A DNA stretch of 64,000 nt from a virus (Duplodnaviria; Caudoviricetes), in IMG/VR virus record IMGVR_UViG_3300045771_000049, positions 32,001 through 96,000 of that record; one strand, given 5' to 3'. This document shows, in pieces, positions 49,947 to 58,187 of this stretch. The position numbers and the translations under genes were made by a program. The notes beneath the pieces are model-generated. The model was given only the letters and a program-made list of their open reading frames with translations. It was not told the DNA's origin and ran no database searches. Position 1 is the first letter of the stretch. Every line of letters starts with the position of its first letter.

Positions 49947-50573
49947 TTATTCCGATCCAACCCAGCCCGGCAAATAATCAGCCGTTTGCCCCCTCGCAAG
50001 TTTCACCGCGTCAGCCAAGGCGTCGGCAAAATTGTCTGCGATGGCGGCCTTCTTGACGTGACGGCGCAAAAAATCCGCCCAGAGAAACTCGGAATAATTT
50101 GAGATATCCTTGGCGAAGCCGCCCGCCCGTCGCAGCGATCCGGCGAGCGATCGATACGGATCATCAGTCAGCTTATCAATCGTCTTAGGGATGTCGGCAA
50201 ATTTGACCCGCTCGCCATCATCGTCATAGGGATGGCACCATCTGTTGAGGTCGAGAACAGTCCAGAACGACGCCTTTTCGACCCGGCGCAAATCGGCGAC
50301 CTGATTGGTCAGGACCATTTCGACCCCTTCATCCACCAAGGCGCGCGCCAGATGATGACGGTCCACCATATACATGCGATCTTTGCGCGCCAGGACGATG
50401 GGAATCACGTGACGGGCAAGAAACTCCGGCCCGTCATGTTCGATACGTTTACGCCACAGTTTGCGTTTCTGTTCAACTTCGTGATAGCCAACCGTCATCT
50501 GCGTCGGCCTCAGGTCGGTGAGTTTGACAGGATGTAATGCAGGAACGATCACGGGCACTGGTTTACTCCTCAA
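49947..50573 (-). CDS. ParB-like putative nuclease (ParBc_2 type)
   Basis: LRPTQMTVG; DRHHLARAL; DDPYRSLAG; EFLWADFLR. Confidence 0.85.
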   Translation of the reverse strand: MRSKPVPVIVPALHPVKLTDLRPTQMTVGYHEVEQKRKLWRKRIEHDGPEFLARHVIPIVLARKDRMYMVDRHHLARALVDEGVEMVLTNQVADLRRVEKASFWTVLDLNRWCHPYDDDGERVKFADIPKTIDKLTDDPYRSLAGSLRRAGGFAKDISNYSEFLWADFLRRHVKKAAIADNFADALADAVKLARGQTADYLPGWVGSE

Positions 50574-51252
50574 TCGGTTCGCAGCGCATCATAACTTGAT
50601 CATCCAGTTTGGCAAAGTCCTTTTATGCCTCCCATCACCGCCCGCGCTTGCGGGCAATGATCTCGGTATCCACCCCGGAGAACAGGTCGATGATCTCCAC
50701 CAGTTCATGCGCGTTGTGCAGGAACTCGATCTCATTCTTGATTTCCACCCAAGCCTTGGTGATAAACACCAAGACAAGCTGACGTTGAGCGTCGGTCAAT
50801 GTCTTATCCACCATCATGCAAACTCCATTTTGTTCGACACCGCTATAAGGCCGCCCAGGAGGCTGCCCAGTGGCCTGTGGCGATGGCGGCAGGGCCACTA
50901 GCCAAAACAGCACGCACGCCGCCTAGCATGGCTTAGAAGCCCGTAGCGTGGCTATTTGAACGCACACCCCTCGACTTCGCCGGTTTGGTATTGATTGCAG
51001 ATCATGGTTTTCCTTTGCACCCCGATCGCCTGCCGCACCAGATTGGGCGTCCGGAGCGTGGCGGTCTTGTTTTGACAATCGAGTGTGAGACTGACGTGTT
51101 CGTCGTGGTCGATGCTGACATCCTGGATCGTACACGTCACCCCGGAGGCGATGATGGTGTGAGCGGCCGATGAGGTCATGAGCATGTTGGCCAGCACCGC
51201 GAGAACCAGCAGGGCGGCGAGCGCCGCATAATGCAGCACCAGCCTTGCGCTA

Positions 51253-51762
51253 TCAAAGGGTATCAACTTCATGTGCCGCCTCCACAAACTTGATTATGGG
51301 ACACAACCGCGCTTTGAGCGCGCCGTAATAGTCGCCGATCACCCGCCAAAATCCCGGCCGGGTTGGATCGACCGGTTTGGCTGGATGCGTCAGAAGGTAG
51401 GATTGCCGCCAGTGGCCGAGAGCGTTCAGGAGCAGGATCAGCCCGAAGAGCAAACTGCCGATGCCACCGAGCGTCAGGATCGCCTGGATCACCAACTGGG
51501 TGACATTGATGAAGCTGAACAAAATGAGCGGCAACACAAATACCACATAAAGCACATAGCCAAACACCGAGAGCGTCACCAGAAAAATCAGATTGCCCCA
51601 TACCAAGATGCGGAAGAAGTGGCACAAATCTGTGCCACGGGCATATTTTGTCAGGCGGGAACTCTCAAACGCCAGCGCGCGCTGGGTCGAACAAAAGCGA
51701 TCGATCACCCGACAGCACCAAAAGAACCATCGGACATACCACAGTTGGGAATGTAAGTTCAT
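51253..51762 (-). CDS. membrane hypothetical protein
   Basis: GAGGGA SD; TDLC.FFR; two TM helices; K.RLCP.I.F end. Confidence 0.55.
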   Translation of the reverse strand: MNLHSQLWYVRWFFWCCRVIDRFCSTQRALAFESSRLTKYARGTDLCHFFRILVWGNLIFLVTLSVFGYVLYVVFVLPLILFSFINVTQLVIQAILTLGGIGSLLFGLILLLNALGHWRQSYLLTHPAKPVDPTRPGFWRVIGDYYGALKARLCPIIKFVEAAHEVDTL

Positions 51763-52311
51763 TGTCCCTCTCGATTTCCTGGTTTGAGCAGTGTCCCATA
51801 GTCGGTCCGGGCTGACTATCCAAAATAATTTTTGGTTAACCAAACAAACCTGTTGACAAACCCGTATAACGTGGTATTTTCGTTGCCAGTGAATGAGGTT
51901 GGTGTGATGAGCAAGCGCGAACAGGCAGGAGATGGCGGCGTTGCGGGAGGCTTTGGCGATCGCAACGTATTGGTCACCCGACCATAAACTGTCCGGCCTC
52001 GCAAGCGGGAAGTCGAGTTCAAAGCCAAAACCCAACTGGCTAGCCTGATCGCCACCAAAGACTTTCAACGCAATCTGGAGATCAAACCGATGGCTAACAT
52101 GGCAGTTGTGACTTATCTTTCGCCCAAAGGTCGGAAGATGTCGCGTGATGTAGTAGATCACAGCTTCGCGGGCATATTGACGTACGCGCGCAAAGTGGCG
52201 CAGCGGCCTGGGGTGCGGAATGTCAAACTTTGGAGCCAGGGTGGAAAATTGCTCGCATCGCCCCGCGCCGTGCGCTAAGTTGGCCGGATGTAATCACCAT
52301 GAGGCAAACCA

Positions 52312-52686
52312 ATGTGTTTGGTGGAGGGTGAAGATAACCCGCCGAAATTCTTCCGCGAACTGACCCCACTCGCCCACAAACAACACCAGTGCGGCGAGTG
52401 CGGCCGGGTCATCCAACCCGGCGAACGATATATCAGGGCGTCCGGCAAATGGGATGACCGGACCTCAACTCACAAGATTTGTGCCCATTGCCGGATCGCC
52501 GCCGAATGGCTCAACGAAGCCTGTGGCGGCTATCTGTTTGGCGCCGTGCATGAGGATTTTGCCGAGCATGCCACAGGTTCATTTTCCATGCTGCGTATCG
52601 TTGTCGGGTCCCGCCGCAGGTGGCGCAGCTTTGCCGATCCTGCTATACTCATGCCGATACCCGCTGAACCGGCATTGACGCCATAG
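52312..52686 (+). CDS. zinc-finger phage protein
   Basis: KQHQCGECG..I.PGERY...C.HC; GAGG SD. Confidence 0.65.
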   Translation: MCLVEGEDNPPKFFRELTPLAHKQHQCGECGRVIQPGERYIRASGKWDDRTSTHKICAHCRIAAEWLNEACGGYLFGAVHEDFAEHATGSFSMLRIVVGSRRRWRSFADPAILMPIPAEPALTP

Positions 52687-53084
52687 TCCAATCGAGGGAA
52701 ACCGATGGAACGCTACGAATTGGAAGAAAAGCTTGAGCAGATCATCGCAGCAAGCGGGGTATCAACCGAGGAAATCATCGAGACCTTGGAACGGATGCTG
52801 GAACGCTATAACGAAGACCTGGAGAGCTAGACATCTCGCTGCGACCGTTACACGGTGCAGAACGAAGGGAGTTGTCCGTTGACAACTGCAACAATCGATC
52901 GGCTTATCTATTTTCTGGAAGACACCGCCAATACTTTAGATCAAATGGCGCGCGACAGTCTGACCGGCGGCTGGTCCACCCATCAGGTGGATGCCCATCG
53001 GCGCTTGGCAGATGCCTGTCGCCGTCAAGCCGCCGAGGCCAAGTTTGGCAGATTGGGAGAGAACCCCTAACCAAAGGATTGAGC

Positions 53085-53360
53085 ATGCCTGACCGCAACC
53101 GGAGCGGGACGACGATGGAGATCAACGTTCCGCTCGTGAAACTCGTCGTGTCTACACACAGCTATACCGGAAGCGATCCGCAGACCCAACCAGGGGTGCA
53201 TATTCATGTCGATACCACCCCTGAGTCAGTTCTCTGCACCGGCGAAGATGGTGTGGCGTTTTATCGCTTCCCCATGGGCGTGATCCCGCGCGATCAAGTC
53301 CGCAGACTGCGCAATCTGCTGACCGAATTTCTGCTGGATTTTCCGGAGGAAGAAGTCTGA
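53085..53360 (+). CDS. hypothetical protein
   Basis: AAGGA SD. Confidence 0.45.
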   Translation: MPDRNRSGTTMEINVPLVKLVVSTHSYTGSDPQTQPGVHIHVDTTPESVLCTGEDGVAFYRFPMGVIPRDQVRRLRNLLTEFLLDFPEEEV

Positions 53361-53366
53361 CTGAAT

Positions 53367-53441
53367 GCCCCTGTAGTGGCCACTGCGTCGCTCGGATAGG
53401 CGCATAACTGGATATTGCTGGTCCGACTCCAGCCAGGGGCA
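53367..53441 (+). ncRNA. atypical tRNA-like element (possible anticodon CGG)
   Basis: GCCCCTG/CAGGGGC acceptor stem; GCTGG-TCCGACT-CCAGC T arm; reduced D arm; no CCA. Confidence 0.5.
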
Positions 53442-53490
53442 TGCGCAGCCGGGAGTTGCTGGGGCGTGAAGTTCATGCTAGCGAGCGAGC

Positions 53491-54859
53491 ATGAAACATT
53501 CAGTCCGGCCCATCATCGCGGGTATGGTTTTATTCTGTATCCCGGCCTTTCTCAATCGCTCCCCGCTGCTGTTTAGTGATAGCCGATCGTACTATATCGG
53601 CGGCAAAATGGTCCTCGATCGAGCCCTCAGCGTGGTGCAGAGGCTGCTCGGACGGACAACCCTATCGACCGAGGTGGTGGTCACCCACGCCAAAGCCGTG
53701 CGATCGATTTTCTATTCGCTGCTGTCCTACTTATTGGCCAGCAATATGACGTTATGGGCGATCATTCTGGTTCAGGCGGCGCTCGCGGCCTGGGTTATCG
53801 TCGCCACCAATGCCACATTCTGCCGCCCCGCCCGTTCGCTTCCCCTGCTGGTGTTTCTGACCGTGTTTAGCTCTCTGCCATGGGCGGTCTCGATGTTCAT
53901 GCCAGACATCTTCACCCCGTTAACCGTGCTCTCCTTGCTGTGTCTGCTGCTCGGGTGGGATGCTCTGAGTCCGACTCTGCGCAAGGGGTTGCTCGTGATG
54001 TTTCCGGCCAGCCTCGTCATGCATCTGACCAATCTGCCGATCGCCCTCGGGGTGACAGTGATGGCAGCGGCAATGCACTGGCGCTCGCTATGGGTCGAAA
54101 AGGCGCGGTGGCTCTCGGTCATCGCTGCGCTCTGTGTGGCAGTTCTGGCCATGCTGAGCGTCAGTGTCGTAGGCTTCAACAAATGGACCCAGGCCGCAAA
54201 ACCCGCCCTTCCTGCTGGCGCGGTCGATCGCGGATGGTCCGGCTAAACTGTATTTGCTGGAGCATTGCCCGCAAATCAAGCTGGTGATGTGCCAGTATCT
54301 GGATCGCCTCAACACGGACGCCGATGATTTCATTTGGAGCAGCAACGGGGTGTTTTCCAATGTCTCGCCAGAGGAACAGGATGCCATCCGCGCCGAGAAC
54401 GGGCCGATCGTGATCGCCGCCGCGCTCGAATATCCCTGGCTGCAAATCGAAGCCACCACATTCGATATCATCGATCAGTTGTTGTATTTCGATCTGCACG
54501 ATAGTCGGTTCCCCAATTCAGCCCAGATTACCCGCACCGAGATGACCAGTTCGATCGGACTGACCTATCCCGATTGGGTGTTCGCTTTGTCAGTGCTCGA
54601 TTACATCGTGGTGGCAGGGTCCTGTTTGACCCTGGCATGGCTCTGGGGAACCGGCGAACTCAGCCCGCAGATGAAGCAACTGATCAGTCTGATCATCCTG
54701 GCGGTGCTGCTAAATTCGTTTACCGGCGCCATCTCGCAACCCTCGGCGCGGTATGGCGCGCGGATCATTTGGCTGCTGCCGATGGTCGCATGGTTGGCGG
54801 CCGTCCGGGGAACTAGATTGCAGTTACAGAATGAGTTTCGCTTTGAGAACACCGGCTGA
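53491..54859 (+). pseudogene. polytopic membrane protein split by a frameshift near 54190
   Basis: ORF 53491..54246 continues in another frame as PPFLLARSIADGPAKLYLLEHCP into ORF 54254..54859. Confidence 0.6.
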
Positions 54860-54949
54860 TCGCGCTGCCGTCATGCTCGGGTTTAGCTGCGCGGTAGTTC
54901 ACGTGGACAATGCCGAGCATCCGTTCGGCCGGATGATAAATAGGTGGGT

Positions 54950-55498
54950 ATGCGCTACCATGAAATCATCACCAATTCTGTCACCGAAGCATTGGATCAT
55001 TCCCAGCGATTATTGTTTCACGGCACCACGTTCCTTCGCGCATCTGAGGTGATTGCTGATGACCAGCTAGATGCTCGAACCACCGACAATGCACGCGGCT
55101 TAGGTCATGGAACTAAGGGGGTCAGTTTAACGCGCTCGTACCAGTTTGCTACAAATTTCCGCTTGGCTCGTCGATCGGTGGTGTTTGTGCTCGATGGCCG
55201 TCATCTCGTTACGCAACCAGTGGCCTATTGGTCAGCCGAGGAGCGGCGCAAGAATGGTCGAGCAGATGAAATGGAGGAATACCATATCGGCCCAATCGCC
55301 CCTCTGTCGCGTTATTTGATCAGTATCAACAGCGTTGCATCATTCGATATGTGGTACAAGCAAGTTACTGATACCCCTGACAACCCGTATGAACCGGCAG
55401 AGAAAACCAATCTGGTGCGTCAGGCGATCGAACGAGGGTTTCCGATGGCCAAGAAGCTTTGGAACCGCTGGAAGCCGGTTCAAGGCGTCGCATCATGA
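54950..55498 (+). CDS. ART-fold protein
   Basis: TAAATA at 54937; MRYHEII..VTE; LFHGT...VSLTRS...EMEE. Confidence 0.75.
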   Translation: MRYHEIITNSVTEALDHSQRLLFHGTTFLRASEVIADDQLDARTTDNARGLGHGTKGVSLTRSYQFATNFRLARRSVVFVLDGRHLVTQPVAYWSAEERRKNGRADEMEEYHIGPIAPLSRYLISINSVASFDMWYKQVTDTPDNPYEPAEKTNLVRQAIERGFPMAKKLWNRWKPVQGVAS

Positions 55499-55688
55499 CC
55501 AACGACTCTCGCACCTGCTGGGCTGGTGGCGGCCGGAGCCATTGAGGTCGATCGGCGCGGCATCGCGGCTGTGATCGAGCGCCAACGCCCGGTCTGGATC
55601 GCCGAATATGAGGCCGCCCGTGAACGCGGCCAGGAGCGCCCCTGATGGCCCGACCGGATGACCGACCCTGTGATAGACAAACTGCCGC

Positions 55689-55720
55689 TTGACGTGCTTA
55701 ATAGAATCAGGATACATATA
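55689..55720 (+). promoter_or_regulatory. sigma70-like promoter for the Val leader/tRNA cluster
   Basis: TTGACG-N18-TACATA, 7 nt before ATG 55726. Confidence 0.5.
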
Positions 55721-55725
55721 CCGCC

Positions 55726-55824
55726 ATGTTCACAACCTCACCCATGATTGCGCTCCGCAAGACGGCCAAAGCCGATGGGATTGTCGTGCGCGTCGTCCGA
55801 ATGCGACATCGTCATGTCGTCTAG
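55726..55824 (+). CDS. putative Val-rich leader peptide
   Basis: MFTTSPMIALRKTAKADGIVVRVVRMRHRHVV*; 54 nt upstream of tRNA-Val. Confidence 0.55.
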   Translation: MFTTSPMIALRKTAKADGIVVRVVRMRHRHVV

Positions 55825-55878
55825 GGATTGATGGCTGGTAGCGAATGCTGCCCGGCCCACCGATTCTAGATTGGTTAT

Positions 55879-55953
55879 GGGCGCGTAGTTCAGGGGTAGA
55901 ACGCCTGTTTTACAAGCAGGATGCCGGTGGTTCGAAACCATCCGCGCCTACCA
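55879..55953 (+). tRNA. tRNA-Val(TAC)
   Basis: canonical cloverleaf; TT-TAC-AA loop; GTTCGAAAC; CCA end. Confidence 0.92.
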
Positions 55954-56030
55954 ATCCCCGAAATGTGGTTTCTTGTGAATAACAGGGCAGTGGTGAAGTT
56001 GTCGGCGACCGCACCTGACCAACTTTAAAT

Positions 56031-56102
56031 GGCGGGACTTCTCGGGAAGGGACGCGTTTCATAAGCGCATCTAGACCGGTTCGATGCCGGTACCCGCCAC
56101 CA
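56031..56102 (+). tRNA. tRNA with CAT anticodon (Met or Ile2), atypical D arm
   Basis: GGCGGG/CCCGCC acceptor; TT-CAT-AA loop; ACCGG-TTCGATG-CCGGT T arm; CCA end. Confidence 0.7.
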
Positions 56103-56166
56103 TCCCTCAGAACAACCGGCTTGTTGGCGCGATAGATAGCGGCTCAACAAGCAAGGTTAGTCGTCC

Positions 56167-56466
56167 ATGAGTGATGTTCCCAACTATACCCATTATCTTC
56201 GTCTTGCCTTCACCGGATACTGGACCGACAGTTGTCCCTCGGCCGAGAAGTTCTACGTTTTGGGCAAAGCCCTCAACGTTACTCTGACCGATGTCTACGA
56301 ACTAGAGTCTGAAGTGCTTGGCATGATGACAGAATGGTACGGCGACCGCATCACCGAGGTCACCTATATCGGCCATATCAATGTCAGGTTGTCCGACACT
56401 GATGTGATCGACGAGGGTTGGTATGTGTTTGACCCAGAATCCATCCAGCCGCTGCCGGTGGGCTGA
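56167..56466 (+). CDS. hypothetical protein
   Basis: ORF between the tRNAs and rpmG. Confidence 0.5.
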   Translation: MSDVPNYTHYLRLAFTGYWTDSCPSAEKFYVLGKALNVTLTDVYELESEVLGMMTEWYGDRITEVTYIGHINVRLSDTDVIDEGWYVFDPESIQPLPVG

Positions 56467-56468
56467 GC

Positions 56469-56637
56469 GTGGCGAAGAAAAACCACAGTTCAGATTAAGC
56501 TGATCTCGACCGCTGATACCGGATACTTCTACGTCACTACCAAGAACTCTCGCAGCAAAGCGAACAAATTGGTGCTGCGCAAGTATGACCCGGTGGTCCG
56601 TAGACATGTCGATTTCAAGGAAACCAAAATCAAATGA
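56469..56637 (+). pseudogene. rpmG: 50S ribosomal protein bL33 with one extra A after the GTG start
   Basis: [52 protein letters not shown]; GTG 56469 is out of frame by one base in an A5 run. Confidence 0.85.
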
Positions 56638-56654
56638 TGAACGTGAACTAAAGC

Positions 56655-56740
56655 TGGTGGGGGCTGAGGGGGTCGAACCCTCACTTCCTAACGGAAACCT
56701 GATCTTAAATCAAGCGCGTATGCCTTTTCGCCAAACCCCC
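56655..56740 (-). tRNA. tRNA-Leu(TAA)
   Basis: cloverleaf with long variable arm; TT-TAA-GA loop; CCA end. Confidence 0.92.
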
Positions 56741-56760
56741 TTTGAGGCTTCCAGATTGGA

Positions 56761-56848
56761 TGGTGTGGGCGAGAGGAATTGAACCTCCACGATCCTCTCG
56801 GACCAACAGGGTTTGAGCCTGTCGCGGCTGCCGTTACGCCACGCCCAC
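56761..56848 (-). tRNA. tRNA-Leu(CAA)
   Basis: cloverleaf with long variable arm; CT-CAA-AC loop; CCA end. Confidence 0.92.
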
Positions 56849-56850
56849 AC

Positions 56851-56948
56851 AAAGAAAAACCCCCTTACCGATCTGGCAAGGGGGTTCGCCCGTCGCGTGG
56901 GATCGGTGATGGGGGTCAGGTTAAGCGTAAGGTGCGATGCGGGTGCAT
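56851..56948 (-). promoter_or_regulatory. putative ribosome-mediated attenuator (Leu-UUA leader peptide + terminator/antiterminator)
   Basis: leader MHPHRTLRLT* at 56948-56916 with two TTA codons; terminator AACCCCCTTGCC-AGATC-GGTAAGGGGGTT-TTTCTTT; competing ACCCCC-ATC-ACCGATC segment. Confidence 0.7.
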
Positions 56949-56953
56949 AATTC

Positions 56954-58166
56954 CGCTATTATGTAGCAAACGCCACCAAATCATCCGCTGGAGTAGCCAG
57001 ATGCCCAAGTCGCTCGCGAGCAATATTAGCATAAACAGGGTTCAATTCGATCAGCGTCGCTCGTCTGTTCAATTCACCAGCAACCAAGCCGGTCGTTCCG
57101 GCGCCCCCAAACGGATCAAGCACCAACTCTCCTTCGGGACATCCAGCAAGAATGCAGCGCCGGGCTAATTCTGGTGGCATCGTGGCAAAATGTGCGCCGT
57201 GAAATGGCTTTGGGGCAATAGTCCAGACATTCCGACCGTTGCGTGTTACGTTGTTCAGAAATTCTCGGGTATATCCACCTAAAACCTGCTTTGCCTCGGC
57301 AGCAAGCTTCATCACTTCGGACGTGTTGTGCCCAAATCCGTCTTGCGTGATTTGAGACTTACCCACATCGGTAATCCCGCAGGCGCGTAGTGCAGCAAGA
57401 TGGGCTGATGTTAAACCGCCGCGCTCAGCCAATTCCAACGCCCGTCGCATTTGCGGCCGATCAATCACGGCAGATGGTTCAGCCAACGAATCGGCATCGT
57501 AATAATAGTGCGGACGTTTGGATAATAAATAGACCTTTTCGTGGGCACTGGTAGGCCGATCACGTACGGCTTCCGGCATTTGGCTGGTTTTATGCCATAT
57601 GATTTCGCTTCGTAAAAACCAGCCATCGGATTGAAGCCCAATCGCTACACGTGACGGAATCATCATCAGGTCTTTAGGCTTATAGCCGCTCGGTACGGTT
57701 TTTTCGCGTCGCTTACCTGTGACGTTGTCGATATACGCCTGTCCAGTCGAGTGAAATGCATCACTATGCGATGTGCCCTGCTTGCCGTGATGGGTCGCCG
57801 CATAACTGTCGCCCAGATTGAGCCAGACCGTGCCATCGTCACGCAACACGCGCCGCACCTCGCGAAACACGTCCACCAGTCTTGCCACGTAGGCGTCAGG
57901 TGTCTGTTCCATGCCGATCTGACCGTCAACTTGGTAGTCGCGCAGGCCAAAATACGGCGGCGAGGTCACACAGGTCTGAAAATGGAACTTAGGTAGTGTT
58001 TGCAATATTCCCATGCAGTCTCCGATATGGAGATGGATACTTTGAGAGTTCTGAAATTGTATAAGGTCATCTAATGGCATTCAACTACTATAAAGGCTCT
58101 CTATTCTGTAAGACTATTTATTAATGACTGAATGGGCGGTTTGGTGGCGTTTGCTACATAATACCG
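56954..58166. mobile_element. non-autonomous IS1595-like cassette carrying a DNA methyltransferase
   Basis: 27-bp IRs (26/27 identical) CG(C/G)TATTATGTAGCAAACGCCACCAAA; 8-bp direct repeat CATAATTC at 56946-56953 and 58167-58174; no transposase. Confidence 0.85.
56959..58080 (-). CDS. beta-class DNA N4-cytosine/N6-adenine methyltransferase
   Basis: TSPPY; HFATMP; LDPFGGAGTT; stop codon lies inside the IR. Confidence 0.92.
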   Translation of the reverse strand: MPLDDLIQFQNSQSIHLHIGDCMGILQTLPKFHFQTCVTSPPYFGLRDYQVDGQIGMEQTPDAYVARLVDVFREVRRVLRDDGTVWLNLGDSYAATHHGKQGTSHSDAFHSTGQAYIDNVTGKRREKTVPSGYKPKDLMMIPSRVAIGLQSDGWFLRSEIIWHKTSQMPEAVRDRPTSAHEKVYLLSKRPHYYYDADSLAEPSAVIDRPQMRRALELAERGGLTSAHLAALRACGITDVGKSQITQDGFGHNTSEVMKLAAEAKQVLGGYTREFLNNVTRNGRNVWTIAPKPFHGAHFATMPPELARRCILAGCPEGELVLDPFGGAGTTGLVAGELNRRATLIELNPVYANIARERLGHLATPADDLVAFAT

Positions 58167-58187
58167 CATAATTCTATATATCATCCT

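Noticed and set aside
51271-51756. Gln/His-rich plus-strand ORF
   Set aside because: Antisense shadow of a hydrophobic membrane-protein gene.
51900-52080. Possible multi-stem ncRNA (6S- or riboswitch-like) downstream of TTGACA at ~51854
   Set aside because: Pairings are short and imperfect, and the region also reads as a broken ORF in frame with 52090; cannot be supported without covariance analysis.
55963-56028. Short ORF MWFLVNNRAVVKLSATAPDQL before the CAT tRNA as a third leader peptide
   Set aside because: No internal Met or ATA codons and no terminator, so it does not fit the cognate-codon pattern.
56302-57168. ORFs 56302..56607(-), 56585..56782(+) and 56779..57168(+)
   Set aside because: They overlap rpmG, the tRNA-Leu genes and the attenuator; spurious.
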